From an uncultured Nitrososphaerota archaeon (GTDB taxonomy: Archaea; Thermoproteota; Nitrososphaeria; Conexivisphaerales; DTJL01), in contig CAWJIE010000004.1 of the NCBI GenBank assembly GCA_963842885.1, forward strand, positions 64,001 through 128,000: a stretch of DNA of 64,000 nt, given 5' to 3'. The notes beneath the pieces were generated by a model that was not told the DNA's origin, searched no databases, and saw only the letters and a list, made by a program, of their open reading frames with translations. The translations under genes were made by a program, and so were the position numbers. This document shows positions 49,807 through 60,026 of this stretch, in pieces. Position 1 is the stretch's first letter. Every line of letters begins with the position of its first letter.

Positions 49807-50979
49807 TCATTTACTTCGGTCCAAGGGCTTGGACACTGCATGACCAGCCACAGTCAGGAGGACCAAGGGTAGGAGGGGAAGGGTCCCCACCAGGCCCCAG
49901 CCGAAGCTCCAGGAAATCGTCGAGGCGAGGGACAGCATGGGCGCCACCCACATGCCGATTAGCATGTGGAATGTGTTGACGAGGGCGAGGGTCGCGATGG
50001 GGTCGCCGTCGGGGAGGTCCACAAGGAAGGCGTACAACATGGAGATGCTTAAGTCGTTGAAGAACCCCATGATTATCAGCGAGATGACGATGGCGTCGAC
50101 TCTCCCAGTGCCAATCGCCGCCGCTGGGAGGATTGACGGCACCGCTGCCAGGGCTAGGAGGAGCCTCTTCCTCCTGAACCTGCCATAGAAGACTCCCATG
50201 AAGCTGCCGACGATGCTGGGGAAGAGCAAGAGCGAGGACTGGAGACCAGATATGGAAACGGAGGCTCCGAGGGCAATCTGCTCATACGACGGAAGGAGCT
50301 GGCCGACGGCGAAGTAGCATCCCCATACCCCTGCGTATGCCAGACCGGCCGCCAGCACCGTCCGGTTCCTCAGCACGGGACCGATGCCAGTCAGGCGGGG
50401 AGCTGGCACAAAGCGCTCATTCCTTGTCGCCACGAAGTTCAGGACGGCCATAACCACAGCCAGGAGGCCACCGATTTCGGTAGCCAGCTCCCATCCGAGA
50501 GCTTGATCCAGGACCCCCCACACCAGCCCCAAGCCTCCACCCATGGCGAAAGCGGCGTTGTACAGCCCCATGACGGCGCCGGGCTTGGAAGGGTAAAGGC
50601 TTGAAAGGACGCCCCCCGCTGATGCGAAGAACAGGGCCGCACCGACGCCGGAAATCATGCGAGTGGTGAAGAGCCAGAACGTGGAGACGCTCAGGGGGAG
50701 GAAGACGTTCCCCGCCGCGAGGAGGAGCAGCCCAATCACGTACGTCCTCGAGGGGCCGAGCCTCTGAGAGATGTACACCGAGGGAATCTGCGCAATCCCC
50801 GCTGCCCCGAAGAAGGCCACGGGTATCAATCCGAGCAAGCTGGTGGCAACGTGACCTTGAGAGGCTATCTGGGGGAGTGCAGGGGAGAGAAGGAACCATT
50901 GAAGGCTATATGTCAGTCTCCCTACGAGGATGAGGGAGGCTTTCATCTCCCTTCCCGAAGTCAGCTCCTTGGTCTCCAA
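49807..50979 (-). CDS. MFS transporter
   Basis: About 12 hydrophobic segments; SQRLGPSR motif A-like; RMISGVG. Confidence 0.85.
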   Translation of the reverse strand: METKELTSGREMKASLILVGRLTYSLQWFLLSPALPQIASQGHVATSLLGLIPVAFFGAAGIAQIPSVYISQRLGPSRTYVIGLLLLAAGNVFLPLSVSTFWLFTTRMISGVGAALFFASAGGVLSSLYPSKPGAVMGLYNAAFAMGGGLGLVWGVLDQALGWELATEIGGLLAVVMAVLNFVATRNERFVPAPRLTGIGPVLRNRTVLAAGLAYAGVWGCYFAVGQLLPSYEQIALGASVSISGLQSSLLLFPSIVGSFMGVFYGRFRRKRLLLALAAVPSILPAAAIGTGRVDAIVISLIIMGFFNDLSISMLYAFLVDLPDGDPIATLALVNTFHMLIGMWVAPMLSLASTISWSFGWGLVGTLPLLPLVLLTVAGHAVSKPLDRSK

Positions 50980-51389
50980 GTGAGTCTTGAAGCTCGGTCT
51001 ATTGGGCCGTATTTAAGGAACGTGCGCGGCAGAAGGCCTTTATCTGCAGCGGGTGGAAAGCCTTTGTTTGACCAGAGCGAGGGCTGCGATAATCGGCGCT
51101 GGGTCAGCGTTCCTAGGTCCCACGCCGTGGGGGACGGTGCGGGTCAGACCTGGGGGCCCGTCCCCACGTTAATCACGGGGCTGTTCGCCGGAAGGGGCAT
51201 AGCAGGGAAGCTAAGGCACACTTGAGCGCGTTGATGCCGATGCCCTAGCGACGGCCTCAGACCGCGTCAAGGCTCGGGCAAAAAGCCGCCCGAGCGTGTC
51301 CGGCGCGACAAATATGCCATTCTCACTAAGCAATGCTTTATGTGTTGGCGAATCGGATGATATGCTGCGGCGAAGGTTGAAGGCTGAGC

Positions 51390-52604
51390 ATGAATCGTCT
51401 CTTCAACAATGAATCCATCAACCGTAATGTCGCGGTGCTAGGGATAACGTCCGCCGTAACCACGTTCTCCATCAGCCTTTGGCAGGGCTACCTTTCGGTC
51501 TTCCTGCAGGGGCGCTTCCCCAGCGTCCTGTTCATCGGAGGCTCGTTTTCAATCTATGGGCTGGTGACGGCCGTGGCATACCTGATCTCGGGCCCCCTGG
51601 GGGACAGCTATGGCAGGAAGAAGGTCATAGTCCTGAGCTCCTACATGCTGGGCCTGTCGCCTCTGCTCCTGTTGTTCCCCAACAACCTCATACTGATCGG
51701 GGCCCCGATGATCTTCTACTGGGCGCAGACCTCCCTGCAGCCCAACTACAGAGCCATGATCATGGACGCTGTGAGGCCAGCGTTCAGAGGAAGGGCATTC
51801 GGCATTTTCAACTCCCTAGCGGTCAGCATCTCGGCGGTCGCCCTCCTCCTTTCCGGCTTCACGATTTCGTTGACAAGCTCCTCAAACGAGAGCGCGTTCA
51901 CTGTCCATACGCTGGCGCCGCTGTTCCTCTTCAGCGGCATCTCCATCCTGGTCATCTCCGTGGTGAGGTCCATGCTCCTGACCGAGACCTTCGGCTCCGG
52001 TGCCACCGGGAGGGCCGGATTCAAGGCCAACGTGGCCAAGAACATCGAGCCCCTGAAGAGGAAGTCGCTCAGGCTTCCCACTGCGGCATACATGCTCCAT
52101 GATGCCGCGCTGAGCCTTGTGCTGTTTCTGGTCCCCATCTATGCGGTGAGGCAGACTTCGATGGCGCCGTGGCTCCTGGGAGGGATGTATGCAGCTCAGG
52201 CCCTCCTCCTCTTCCTCCTGCAAATCCCCTTCGGACGCTTCGCAGACCTGAGGGGAAGGACCTGGGTCATCGCGGCGAGCTTTCTTCTAGAGGCCATCTT
52301 CGCGACGGCCTTCGTCCTCGACCGCAACGCCATCTACGCCGCGCTGATGTATGTAATCTGGATGGGGCTGGGCCAGATGGACGCACCTGCCCAGGTGGCC
52401 TTGCTGGCCGACCTCTCCAGCATAGAGGAGAGGGCCACGGTCATGGGCGGCTTCGGGGGCCTGACCACCCTGGCGGCCATACCGGCCCCTCTCGTCGGCG
52501 GGATCCTCTACAGCATATACCTACCCAGTCCGTTCTACCTCTGCTCGGCTCTCCTCCTCGTTTCGACATCGGTGATATTCTACTACAGGATCAAGAATCG
52601 TTAG
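51390..52604 (+). CDS. MFS transporter
   Basis: GPLGDSYGRKK and GRFADLRGR motif A repeats. Confidence 0.9.
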   Translation: MNRLFNNESINRNVAVLGITSAVTTFSISLWQGYLSVFLQGRFPSVLFIGGSFSIYGLVTAVAYLISGPLGDSYGRKKVIVLSSYMLGLSPLLLLFPNNLILIGAPMIFYWAQTSLQPNYRAMIMDAVRPAFRGRAFGIFNSLAVSISAVALLLSGFTISLTSSSNESAFTVHTLAPLFLFSGISILVISVVRSMLLTETFGSGATGRAGFKANVAKNIEPLKRKSLRLPTAAYMLHDAALSLVLFLVPIYAVRQTSMAPWLLGGMYAAQALLLFLLQIPFGRFADLRGRTWVIAASFLLEAIFATAFVLDRNAIYAALMYVIWMGLGQMDAPAQVALLADLSSIEERATVMGGFGGLTTLAAIPAPLVGGILYSIYLPSPFYLCSALLLVSTSVIFYYRIKNR

Positions 52605-53162
52605 CTAGCCGGAGCCGGCTGCGGTGGAGGCGGCTTCGCGCAGGTCGCTTGAGAGCGCCTCCAGCCACCGGGGCCTTCCGTGAAGGGCCACTGCGGGGTG
52701 ATAGGTTGCGAAGAGTGAGGCTCCTCTATAGCGACCGGCTGGGCCCCTCTGTATCCTACCCTTCCGTCCGGTTATGGCGGCGCATGCCACCCTGCCCAAC
52801 AGCACGATGACCCGGGGCCTGAGGGCGTCGACCTGCCTCTCCAGATATCGCCGGCAGGCATCAATTTCATCTCCTTCGGGCTCCCGGTTCTCGGGAGGCT
52901 TGCACTTCACGACGCTGGTGATGAAGACCTCCTCTCTCCTCAAGCCAGCCCCCGAAAGCGCCTTGTCCAGCATGCGACCGGCCGGTCCGACGAAGGGCCT
53001 TCCCGTCCTGTCCTCGATCCTCCCCGGTGCTTCGCCCAGTAGCATCATGGAGGCGCCGTCAGGTCCCTCGCCCGGCACTGCGATGGTCCTCCCCTTGCAG
53101 AGGCGGCACTTCTTGCAGGCGGAGACCTCCTTCGCTACGGCCAGGAGCTCACCCTTCGGCAT
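52605..53162 (-). CDS. udg: Uracil-DNA glycosylase family 4
   Basis: CKKCRL, GEAPG, PFVG, VKCKPPENR, TYHP. Confidence 0.93.
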   Translation of the reverse strand: MPKGELLAVAKEVSACKKCRLCKGRTIAVPGEGPDGASMMLLGEAPGRIEDRTGRPFVGPAGRMLDKALSGAGLRREEVFITSVVKCKPPENREPEGDEIDACRRYLERQVDALRPRVIVLLGRVACAAITGRKGRIQRGPAGRYRGASLFATYHPAVALHGRPRWLEALSSDLREAASTAAGSG

Positions 53163-53538
53163 CCACGAGATCCCAGCTCAACGGGTTCCCGCGCGCGTCG
53201 TAGACGGCGATGCAATCAGGGCCGACGAAGGGGTAGGAAATAATCATCATCACCGAGCCGTAGACGTGGAGGAGGTCCTGCAGGGAAGGGTGGTTGGAGC
53301 CCGACGGATGCGAATGGGCCGTCCCTATGATCGAAGAGTCGATGGGGACCTGATAAGGGTTGAAAGTGGAGGCTGCACGGCCCCCCATCATGAAAGGGGC
53401 GAATACTACCTCGTGGATGAGGATGACCTCCTTGGACTTCCTGGCGCGCAGGAGGACCAGCATTTCGTTGGGGTACTGGTCCTTGGAGAATGCCAGGAGT
53501 GACTCGGCCAGCTCCTTCGTCAGCTGTATGCGCGCCAC
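53149..53538 (-). CDS. JAB1/MPN (JAMM) metalloprotease
   Basis: YPNE and HSHPSGSNHPSLQD JAMM motif. Confidence 0.9.
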   Translation of the reverse strand: MARIQLTKELAESLLAFSKDQYPNEMLVLLRARKSKEVILIHEVVFAPFMMGGRAASTFNPYQVPIDSSIIGTAHSHPSGSNHPSLQDLLHVYGSVMMIISYPFVGPDCIAVYDARGNPLSWDLVDAEG

Positions 53539-54140
53539 TACGTCGTTATCCCCATCATCTTGTAAGCTTCGGCGAGATTGGCCTTGGCCTTGGACCTCAC
53601 TTCGTCGTAGTAGTTGCGCCCCTCGGAGTCGATGATGACGGTGAGAGGTCCGAAGTCCTCCACCTCAAGGATCCAGAGAGCCTCGGGGGACCCCAAATCC
53701 AGCCATTCGACTCCCTTCACCTTTCTGATGGACTTGGCAGCCAGGGCGCCAGCACCGCCCGTGAATATCGTGTATGCCGTCCCCAGCTTCCTGCAGGCTT
53801 CGGCCGTCTTGGCGCCCATTCCCCCCTTGCCGATGACGAGCTTGGCGCCGGTCTTCTCGAGGAACTCGGCTTCGTACGTCTCGATCCTGGCCGAGGTCGT
53901 AGGGCCGGCGGAGATCACCTCCCACCCGTCGCCCACCTTGCGGACGACGGGGCCCATGTGATAGACTGCGAGGCCATGGAAGTCCACTGGGATCTTCTCT
54001 CCCCTGTTGAGGAGCTCGAGGGCACGCCTGTGAGCCGCGTCCCTCGCCGTGATGATGGTGCCGGTGACGTAGACGATGTCGCCGGTGCGCAGCTTCCTGG
54101 TTTCGTCGCCTAGGGGGGTCGTGAACCTGTACTCCGCCAA
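53538..54140 (-). CDS. Fe-S fumarate/tartrate hydro-lyase beta subunit
   Basis: TARDAAH, GPTTSAR, IGKGG, LGSPEALW. Confidence 0.92.
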   Translation of the reverse strand: MAEYRFTTPLGDETRKLRTGDIVYVTGTIITARDAAHRRALELLNRGEKIPVDFHGLAVYHMGPVVRKVGDGWEVISAGPTTSARIETYEAEFLEKTGAKLVIGKGGMGAKTAEACRKLGTAYTIFTGGAGALAAKSIRKVKGVEWLDLGSPEALWILEVEDFGPLTVIIDSEGRNYYDEVRSKAKANLAEAYKMMGITT

Positions 54141-54141
54141 C

Positions 54142-55050
54142 TCAGACGCCTCCTTTGTTGAGGAATTGATGGGTAAGGAACTCCACCTTCCCTCCGGGAT
54201 GGATCCTCATCGTGCTCCTCCTGTCCTCCCAGCAGGCTGTGGCGACGCCTACCGCGAACGAAGCAGGATGGCGGTTGACCGCGTCGATGTGAACGTCGAG
54301 GGCTGTAGAGAACCCTCCCACGCCGTGAGGACCCCAGCCCAGCTTGTTGATCGCCTCCAACAGGGAGGTCTCGATCTTCGAAAACTCGGGGTCGGAGTTG
54401 CGTTGTCCGACTTCGCGCTGGAGGGACTTCTTTGCGAGCTTCATGGCGATGTCCGCCGTGGGCCCAAGGCCGATTCCGACTATTACGGGCGGACAGGGCT
54501 TGGGTCCCTGTTCGAAGATGTCGTCCAGTACCATCTTGAAGACCCCCTTCATTCCTTCGGCCGGGGGTATGACCTTGGCCATGCTGGGGGATTCGCTGCC
54601 GCCGCCCTTGAGAACCACGGTCACGTCGGCAGTCGAGGAGCCCGGGACTATCTCCCATTCTATCCACGGGATCCTGTCAGCGGTGTTGTTCCCCGAGTTC
54701 TTGCCGGTGAGGATGTTCACGGAGTTGGGCCTCAGTGGAGCCTCGGCGGTGGCCCTGATTGTAGCGGTCCTCAGCGCGCTCTCGAGTACTCCAAGGTGAG
54801 GGAACTGGTCCCCCGCCTTGATGTAGAAGATGACGGTGCCCGTGTCCTGGCATGAAGGCCTGCTTTCCGCTTCGGCGATGTCCAAGTTCTTCAGCATCGA
54901 CGCGATGACCTTCTTCGGCAGCTCGGAGACCTCGTCGTCCTGGGCCTTCTTCAGGGCCGCCTTGACGTCGGCGGGGAGATATATGGCCGCCGTAGTGATG
55001 AGTGTTGCTGCGGCGCCCGAGATCTGTTCTTCGACGCTCTGCTGGCTCAT
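54142..55050 (-). CDS. Fe-S fumarate/tartrate hydro-lyase alpha subunit
   Basis: CQDTG, KGGGSE, PCPP, GPHGVGG, CW. Confidence 0.92.
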   Translation of the reverse strand: MSQQSVEEQISGAAATLITTAAIYLPADVKAALKKAQDDEVSELPKKVIASMLKNLDIAEAESRPSCQDTGTVIFYIKAGDQFPHLGVLESALRTATIRATAEAPLRPNSVNILTGKNSGNNTADRIPWIEWEIVPGSSTADVTVVLKGGGSESPSMAKVIPPAEGMKGVFKMVLDDIFEQGPKPCPPVIVGIGLGPTADIAMKLAKKSLQREVGQRNSDPEFSKIETSLLEAINKLGWGPHGVGGFSTALDVHIDAVNRHPASFAVGVATACWEDRRSTMRIHPGGKVEFLTHQFLNKGGV

Positions 55051-55295
55051 GATGTCGTCGGATGCGAGTCAGTCGGATATATCAGTTGCTCGCTGAGGAT
55101 CCCGTGAGCAGATTCGCTCGCGCATATGGCCGAAACCGAACTCTGGGGCCTGAATGTCAATGAGTTCGCAATTAGCAATCGTCCAGCCCAGGGCATGATA
55201 TGGTTCGGCGGCCTCGGAAGCTCGAACAGACAGAAAAATTAAATAGAGGTCTCTTCAACGCATTCCGCAATAGTACCTGTTTTAGGGTGAGTTTG

Positions 55296-56918
55296 ATGAC
55301 ATACCAATCCGGTGGGCAACCCGTAATAGTGTTGAAGGAAGGGGCCTCTGAGACGAAGGGAAGGGAGGCCCTCAGGAACAACATCAACGCCGCCAAGCTG
55401 ATCTCCGAGATAGTGGAGTCCTCTCTCGGGCCGAGGGGCATGGACAAGATGCTCGTCGACTCCTTGGGGGACGTAACCATCACGAACGACGGCGCTACCA
55501 TGTTGAAGCAGCTCGACGTCCAGCATCCTGGCGCCAAGATGATGGTCGAGATCGCCAAGGCGACGGACAGCGAAGTGGGGGACGGCACGACCAGCGCGGT
55601 CATTCTGGCTGGCTCGCTCCTCGAGAAGGCCGAAGAGCTTCTCGATAAGGACGTCCATCCCACCATCATCGTTGACGGCTACACCCTGGCTTCGGAGAAG
55701 GCGCTGGACGTCCTGGCCAAGATCGCCATCAAGGTGGACCCGACCAACAAGGAGTGGCTCGTCAAGATATCCAAGACGAGCCTGGCTTCGAAGCTGGTGT
55801 CTCAAGAGAGCACAGAGCTGTCGAACATCGTAGTGGACGCCGTCCTCCATGTGGTGGACAAGTCCGGAGAGAAGCTGAAGGTGGACATCGACAACGTCAA
55901 GGTGGAGAAGAAGCCTGGGAGGTCCCTCAGCGACACCTCTCTCATCAACGGAATCATCATAGACAAGGAGATCGTCCACGCTGGCATGCCGAAGAAGGTG
56001 GAGGGGGCGAAGATCGTGCTGCTCAACTCGCCTCTCGAGATCGAGAAGACTGAGATGAGCGCCGAAATCAGGATATCCGACCCCACCCAGATGAAGTCCT
56101 TCCTAGACGAAGAGGCAAGTATGCTGAAGGGGATGGTGGACAAGGTCACCGAGATCGGTGCTAACGTGGTATTCGTCCAGAAGGGCATCGACGACATAGC
56201 CCAGCATTATCTCGCCAAGGCTGGCATAGTGGCGGTCCGACGCGTGAAGGAGAGCGACATGACTCGCCTCGCCAAGGCGACGGGCGGAAGGCTCGTCACC
56301 AACCTGAGCGACATGACCCGCGACGACCTGGGCCACGCCGCGCTGGTGGAGGAGAGGAAGATAGAGCAGGACAAATGGGTCTTCGTCGAAGGCTGCAAGA
56401 ACCCCAAGGCCGTCAGCATCCTCCTGAGAGGAGGCTCCCAGAGGGTTGTGGACGAAGGTGAAAGGGCCGTTCACGATGCGATCATGGTGGTCAAGGACGT
56501 GATAGAGAAGCCCACCGTCGTATGCGGAGGAGGGGCCCCGGAGGCCGAAATCGCCCATCGCATAAGGGAGTGGACCCACACGCTGTCGGGAAGGGAGCAG
56601 TTGGCAGCGCAGGCCTTCGCCGACGCCTTGGAGGTCATCCCGCTGACCTTAGCGTCGAACGCGGGCATGGACCCCATCGACACGCAGGTGGACCTTCGTG
56701 CGGCGCACTCGAAGGACAAGACCTGGGCCGGGATCAACGTATCCGACGGCAAGGTCGGCGACATGGAGAAGGAGCAGGTCTTCGAGCCTGCGGTGGTGAA
56801 GTCCCAGATCATAAAGTCGGCGACTGAGGCCGCCGTGATGATCCTGAGAATCGACGACGTGATCGCTTCGAAGGGAATGGGTAAAGAGGGCGGAGCCCCG
56901 CCGCCCGGCGGAATGTAA
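55296..56918 (+). CDS. ths: Thermosome (group II chaperonin) subunit
   Basis: LGPRGMDKM, ITNDGAT, GDGTTS, LRIDD. Confidence 0.95.
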   Translation: MTYQSGGQPVIVLKEGASETKGREALRNNINAAKLISEIVESSLGPRGMDKMLVDSLGDVTITNDGATMLKQLDVQHPGAKMMVEIAKATDSEVGDGTTSAVILAGSLLEKAEELLDKDVHPTIIVDGYTLASEKALDVLAKIAIKVDPTNKEWLVKISKTSLASKLVSQESTELSNIVVDAVLHVVDKSGEKLKVDIDNVKVEKKPGRSLSDTSLINGIIIDKEIVHAGMPKKVEGAKIVLLNSPLEIEKTEMSAEIRISDPTQMKSFLDEEASMLKGMVDKVTEIGANVVFVQKGIDDIAQHYLAKAGIVAVRRVKESDMTRLAKATGGRLVTNLSDMTRDDLGHAALVEERKIEQDKWVFVEGCKNPKAVSILLRGGSQRVVDEGERAVHDAIMVVKDVIEKPTVVCGGGAPEAEIAHRIREWTHTLSGREQLAAQAFADALEVIPLTLASNAGMDPIDTQVDLRAAHSKDKTWAGINVSDGKVGDMEKEQVFEPAVVKSQIIKSATEAAVMILRIDDVIASKGMGKEGGAPPPGGM

Positions 56919-56950
56919 GAAGGTTCCATTTACGTTTCTCTTGATTTGAA

Positions 56951-56970
56951 AGCCCAGCGCAAGCTGGGCT
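56951..56970. terminator. Perfect 8-bp hairpin with GCAA tetraloop between convergent genes
   Basis: AGCCCAGC-GCAA-GCTGGGCT; a terminator or RNA-stability role is inferred only. Confidence 0.4.
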
Positions 56971-57002
56971 GAAGGTCAGAGAGAAGGAGGATGCGTCCAC
57001 GT

Positions 57003-57338
57003 TCAGGCGAGGATCTGATCTATCTTCGATTTCAGGGGGCCCTTGGGCATGGCCCCGACGATCCTGTCGGCCAGCTTACCATCCCGGAAGACGAGCAGCG
57101 TGGGTATGGCCATGACGTCGAAGGCCTCGGCGGTGGCGGGGTTCTCGTCGACGTTGAGCTTGCCGAAGACGACCTTCCCCTTGTACTCTGAGGCGAGCTC
57201 CTCCACTATGGGGCCCACCATTTTGCAGGGATAGCACCATTCGGCCCAGAGGTCCACCACGAGGGCTGGATGGCTCTGGATGGCGCTCTTGAAATCGCCG
57301 TCGTTAAGGACGATCGGCTTACCTGAAGTTTCTTCCAA
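57003..57338 (-). CDS. trxA: Thioredoxin
   Basis: WAEWCYPC, AIPTL. Confidence 0.92.
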   Translation of the reverse strand: MEETSGKPIVLNDGDFKSAIQSHPALVVDLWAEWCYPCKMVGPIVEELASEYKGKVVFGKLNVDENPATAEAFDVMAIPTLLVFRDGKLADRIVGAMPKGPLKSKIDQILA

Positions 57339-57454
57339 ACTTGGGAGTCACCAGGGTCAAAACCGATCGCCGCCTCCCAGACTCTTAACGGTTCCTCATT
57401 TAACGCCGCCGGTGGGGAGGCTTGAAAGAGAAAGGCCGTTCCCGATGGAGAGGC

Positions 57455-58438
57455 CTACTGGGGCCGGGGGGCCCTGGCCCTCATGGCCTGTAGAATTCTG
57501 ATCCTCTTCACGATGTTGGGGTGCGTCGAGAAGATCTCGAACACCTTCTCTCCAGTTGAAATCCTCCTGTTGGCCACCTGCTCGATGAGCTGTTCGTCGC
57601 TGTAGCGGTACTGGGTGCTGGCCTTCTGGGTCGTGTCAGGGTCGATGATCAGTAGGGCCTTGAAGCCCATGGTCTGGGAGGGGCGACCCTTCTGGGACAT
57701 TCCGCGTCTCCCATAGAGGTCGAGCTTCGCCAGGGCCGAAGACAGCTTCTCCGCGCCGTCTTCGACGACCTGGGCGCCGTGCCTGTCCGCGTACAGCTCC
57801 CTTTCGCGGCTGAGGCCCATCACGAGGAGGTTCAATATGAAGTAGGCTACCATGGCCAAGGCCCCGATGGCGGCGGCCGAAGCGCCGCTGTTCTTGGAAT
57901 TCCCGACAGAGCCGCCGAAAAATAGCGAAAAGCCGAGGTAGTAGAAGATGGCCGGAAGGACCGAGACGAACATCATTATCTGAACGTCCCTGTGCCTGAG
58001 ATGTCCCAGCTCGTGTCCCAGGACGGCCTCCACCTCCCCGGGCTCCAGCGTGCTTAGGAGGCCCTGGGTGACGCAGACCCTGCTCCCCGTAAGGGGCGAG
58101 CCATAGGCGAAGGCGTTGGGCGCCGGCATAGGCGAAAGCATGAGCCTGGGGACCTTGAGGCCGGCCTTCTGGGCTATCCTTTCCAGCATCCCGTGGATCG
58201 CCGTCTGCTGGTTGGTTGGCACCTCCTTCACATGGTACATGGCGCCGACCAGGTACGGCCCCACGAGCCATTGGATCAGGCTGAAGGCGACGACGAGTAC
58301 CAGCATCGTGATGATGTCGAAGGCGCCCAGGTACGACAGCACTATGGCAAGGAATAGTGTCGAAGCTCCGATGACCAGGGTCAGCGTCCCCAGCATCGTA
58401 AGCCTGAGCCTCCAAAGGCTGTAGTCCACCTGTATCAC
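57455..58438 (-). CDS. htpX: M48 zinc protease HtpX
   Basis: PNAFAYG, HELGH, SRERELYAD, STHP; start approximate. Confidence 0.92.
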   Translation of the reverse strand: MIQVDYSLWRLRLTMLGTLTLVIGASTLFLAIVLSYLGAFDIITMLVLVVAFSLIQWLVGPYLVGAMYHVKEVPTNQQTAIHGMLERIAQKAGLKVPRLMLSPMPAPNAFAYGSPLTGSRVCVTQGLLSTLEPGEVEAVLGHELGHLRHRDVQIMMFVSVLPAIFYYLGFSLFFGGSVGNSKNSGASAAAIGALAMVAYFILNLLVMGLSRERELYADRHGAQVVEDGAEKLSSALAKLDLYGRRGMSQKGRPSQTMGFKALLIIDPDTTQKASTQYRYSDEQLIEQVANRRISTGEKVFEIFSTHPNIVKRIRILQAMRARAPRPQ

Positions 58439-58618
58439 TCTCCTGAACGACCGAGATAATGAGTGATTTAAAGTTAGTGCATAAGCAGGCTTCATGCGAG
58501 GCGGCCGGGACGAGGGGATGGCCGACCTGGGGGCGTCCCCTCTCAGGCAGAGGGGAAGGCGCATCGAGCGCCTAGTTTAAGAGAACCACGGGAAGGAAGA
58601 GGTCAGAGCGAAGCATCT

Positions 58619-60022
58619 TTGACAGAGCAATTCAGGGTAGAGAAGGATTATCTGGGTCCGGTTAACGTTCCTTCTGACGCGTACTACGGGGTCCAGACTG
58701 CGAGGGCCATGGACAACTTCAAGATCAGCGGACTGAGGGCCCACCCTCTCTTCATCAAGAGTTCAGCTCTGGTGAAATGGGCGGCTGCGGTGGGGAACAT
58801 CAAGGCGGGGACGCTGGACAGGCAGAAGGGTGACGCCATCTGCAGGGCCGCCGAAGAGGTGTATTCGGGGAAGCTCCTCGATCAATTTGTCGTGGATGTC
58901 TTCCAGGCGGGTGCGGGTACCTCCCATAACATGAACGTCAACGAGGTGATCGCCAACAGGGCCATTGAACTCCTGGGAGGGCAGAAGGGACAGTACTCTC
59001 TGGTGCACCCCAACGACGACGTCAACATGGGACAGTCCACCAACGATTTCATCCCCACCGTCATCAGGGTCACGACCCTCCTCCTGCTGAAGGGTCTTTT
59101 TGAAGAATTGGATTCGCTCACGCTGGCCCTGGGTGACCTGGCCACGAAGTACGGTTCGGTCGTCAAGCCCGGCCGGACCCATCTGATGGACGCCGCCCCC
59201 ATCAGGTACGGACAGGTCTTCGAAGGCTGGAGGAGGACGTTGTCCAAAGACGGAGATAGGCTTCGAAAGGCATCTGACATGCTCACCGAGCTGAACCTTG
59301 GTGCGTCGGCGGTCGGCACGGGGGTGAACGCCGAGCCAAAGTACGTCGACGAGGCGCTGCGCTTCCTTTCTATGAAGACGGAGTTCCAGTTCAGAAGCCC
59401 GGCCTCCTTCGTCGACGTAACGCATTCGATGACTGACCTCCTATGGATGTCCTCTTCCTTGAAGGCCCTGGCTGTGGATGTTTCGAAGATCTGCAACGAC
59501 CTTCGCCTTATGAACTCGGGGCCGGTGACCGGCTTTGGCGAAGTGACCCTTCCAGCCGTACAGCCTGGCTCCTCCATAATGCCCGGCAAGGTGAACCCGG
59601 TCATCGCGGAATGCATGAACATGATATGTTTCCATGTCATGGGAAGCGAGAGGGCGGTGGAGGAGGCGGCTCACGCAGGGCAGATGGAGCTCAACGTCAT
59701 GATGCCGCTGATAGCCTACGAGCTGAGCATGTCAATGGAGATAATGAAGAACGGCCTGAGGATGCTCAGGGAGAAGCTGCTCACGGGGCTCGTCATCGAC
59801 GTCGCCAGGGAGAGGCGTTACCTTGAAACCAGCTCTGGAATCGCCTTGGCCCTCAACCCCTACCTTGGCTTCGACAGGACGGCCGAGATAGTGAAGGAGG
59901 CCATGAAACGGGGGATCTCCGTGCGGCAGGTGATCAGCGAAAAGAAGTTGATGACTGAGGAGGAGCTCGACAAGGTCTTGGACCCCTACAGGATAACCCA
60001 GAGAGGGGTCGTCAAGGACTAG
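58619..60022 (+). CDS. aspA: Aspartate ammonia-lyase / class II fumarase family
   Basis: YYGVQT, QAGAGTSHNMN, GRTHLMDA, GSSIMPGKVNP. Confidence 0.88.
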   Translation: MTEQFRVEKDYLGPVNVPSDAYYGVQTARAMDNFKISGLRAHPLFIKSSALVKWAAAVGNIKAGTLDRQKGDAICRAAEEVYSGKLLDQFVVDVFQAGAGTSHNMNVNEVIANRAIELLGGQKGQYSLVHPNDDVNMGQSTNDFIPTVIRVTTLLLLKGLFEELDSLTLALGDLATKYGSVVKPGRTHLMDAAPIRYGQVFEGWRRTLSKDGDRLRKASDMLTELNLGASAVGTGVNAEPKYVDEALRFLSMKTEFQFRSPASFVDVTHSMTDLLWMSSSLKALAVDVSKICNDLRLMNSGPVTGFGEVTLPAVQPGSSIMPGKVNPVIAECMNMICFHVMGSERAVEEAAHAGQMELNVMMPLIAYELSMSMEIMKNGLRMLREKLLTGLVIDVARERRYLETSSGIALALNPYLGFDRTAEIVKEAMKRGISVRQVISEKKLMTEEELDKVLDPYRITQRGVVKD

Positions 60023-60026
60023 AAGC

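Noticed and set aside
51180-51215. SRP RNA helix 8 (GCCGGAAGGGGCA)
   Set aside because: Lacks the full CAGG...GGAA...AGCA internal loop and the flanking SRP structure.
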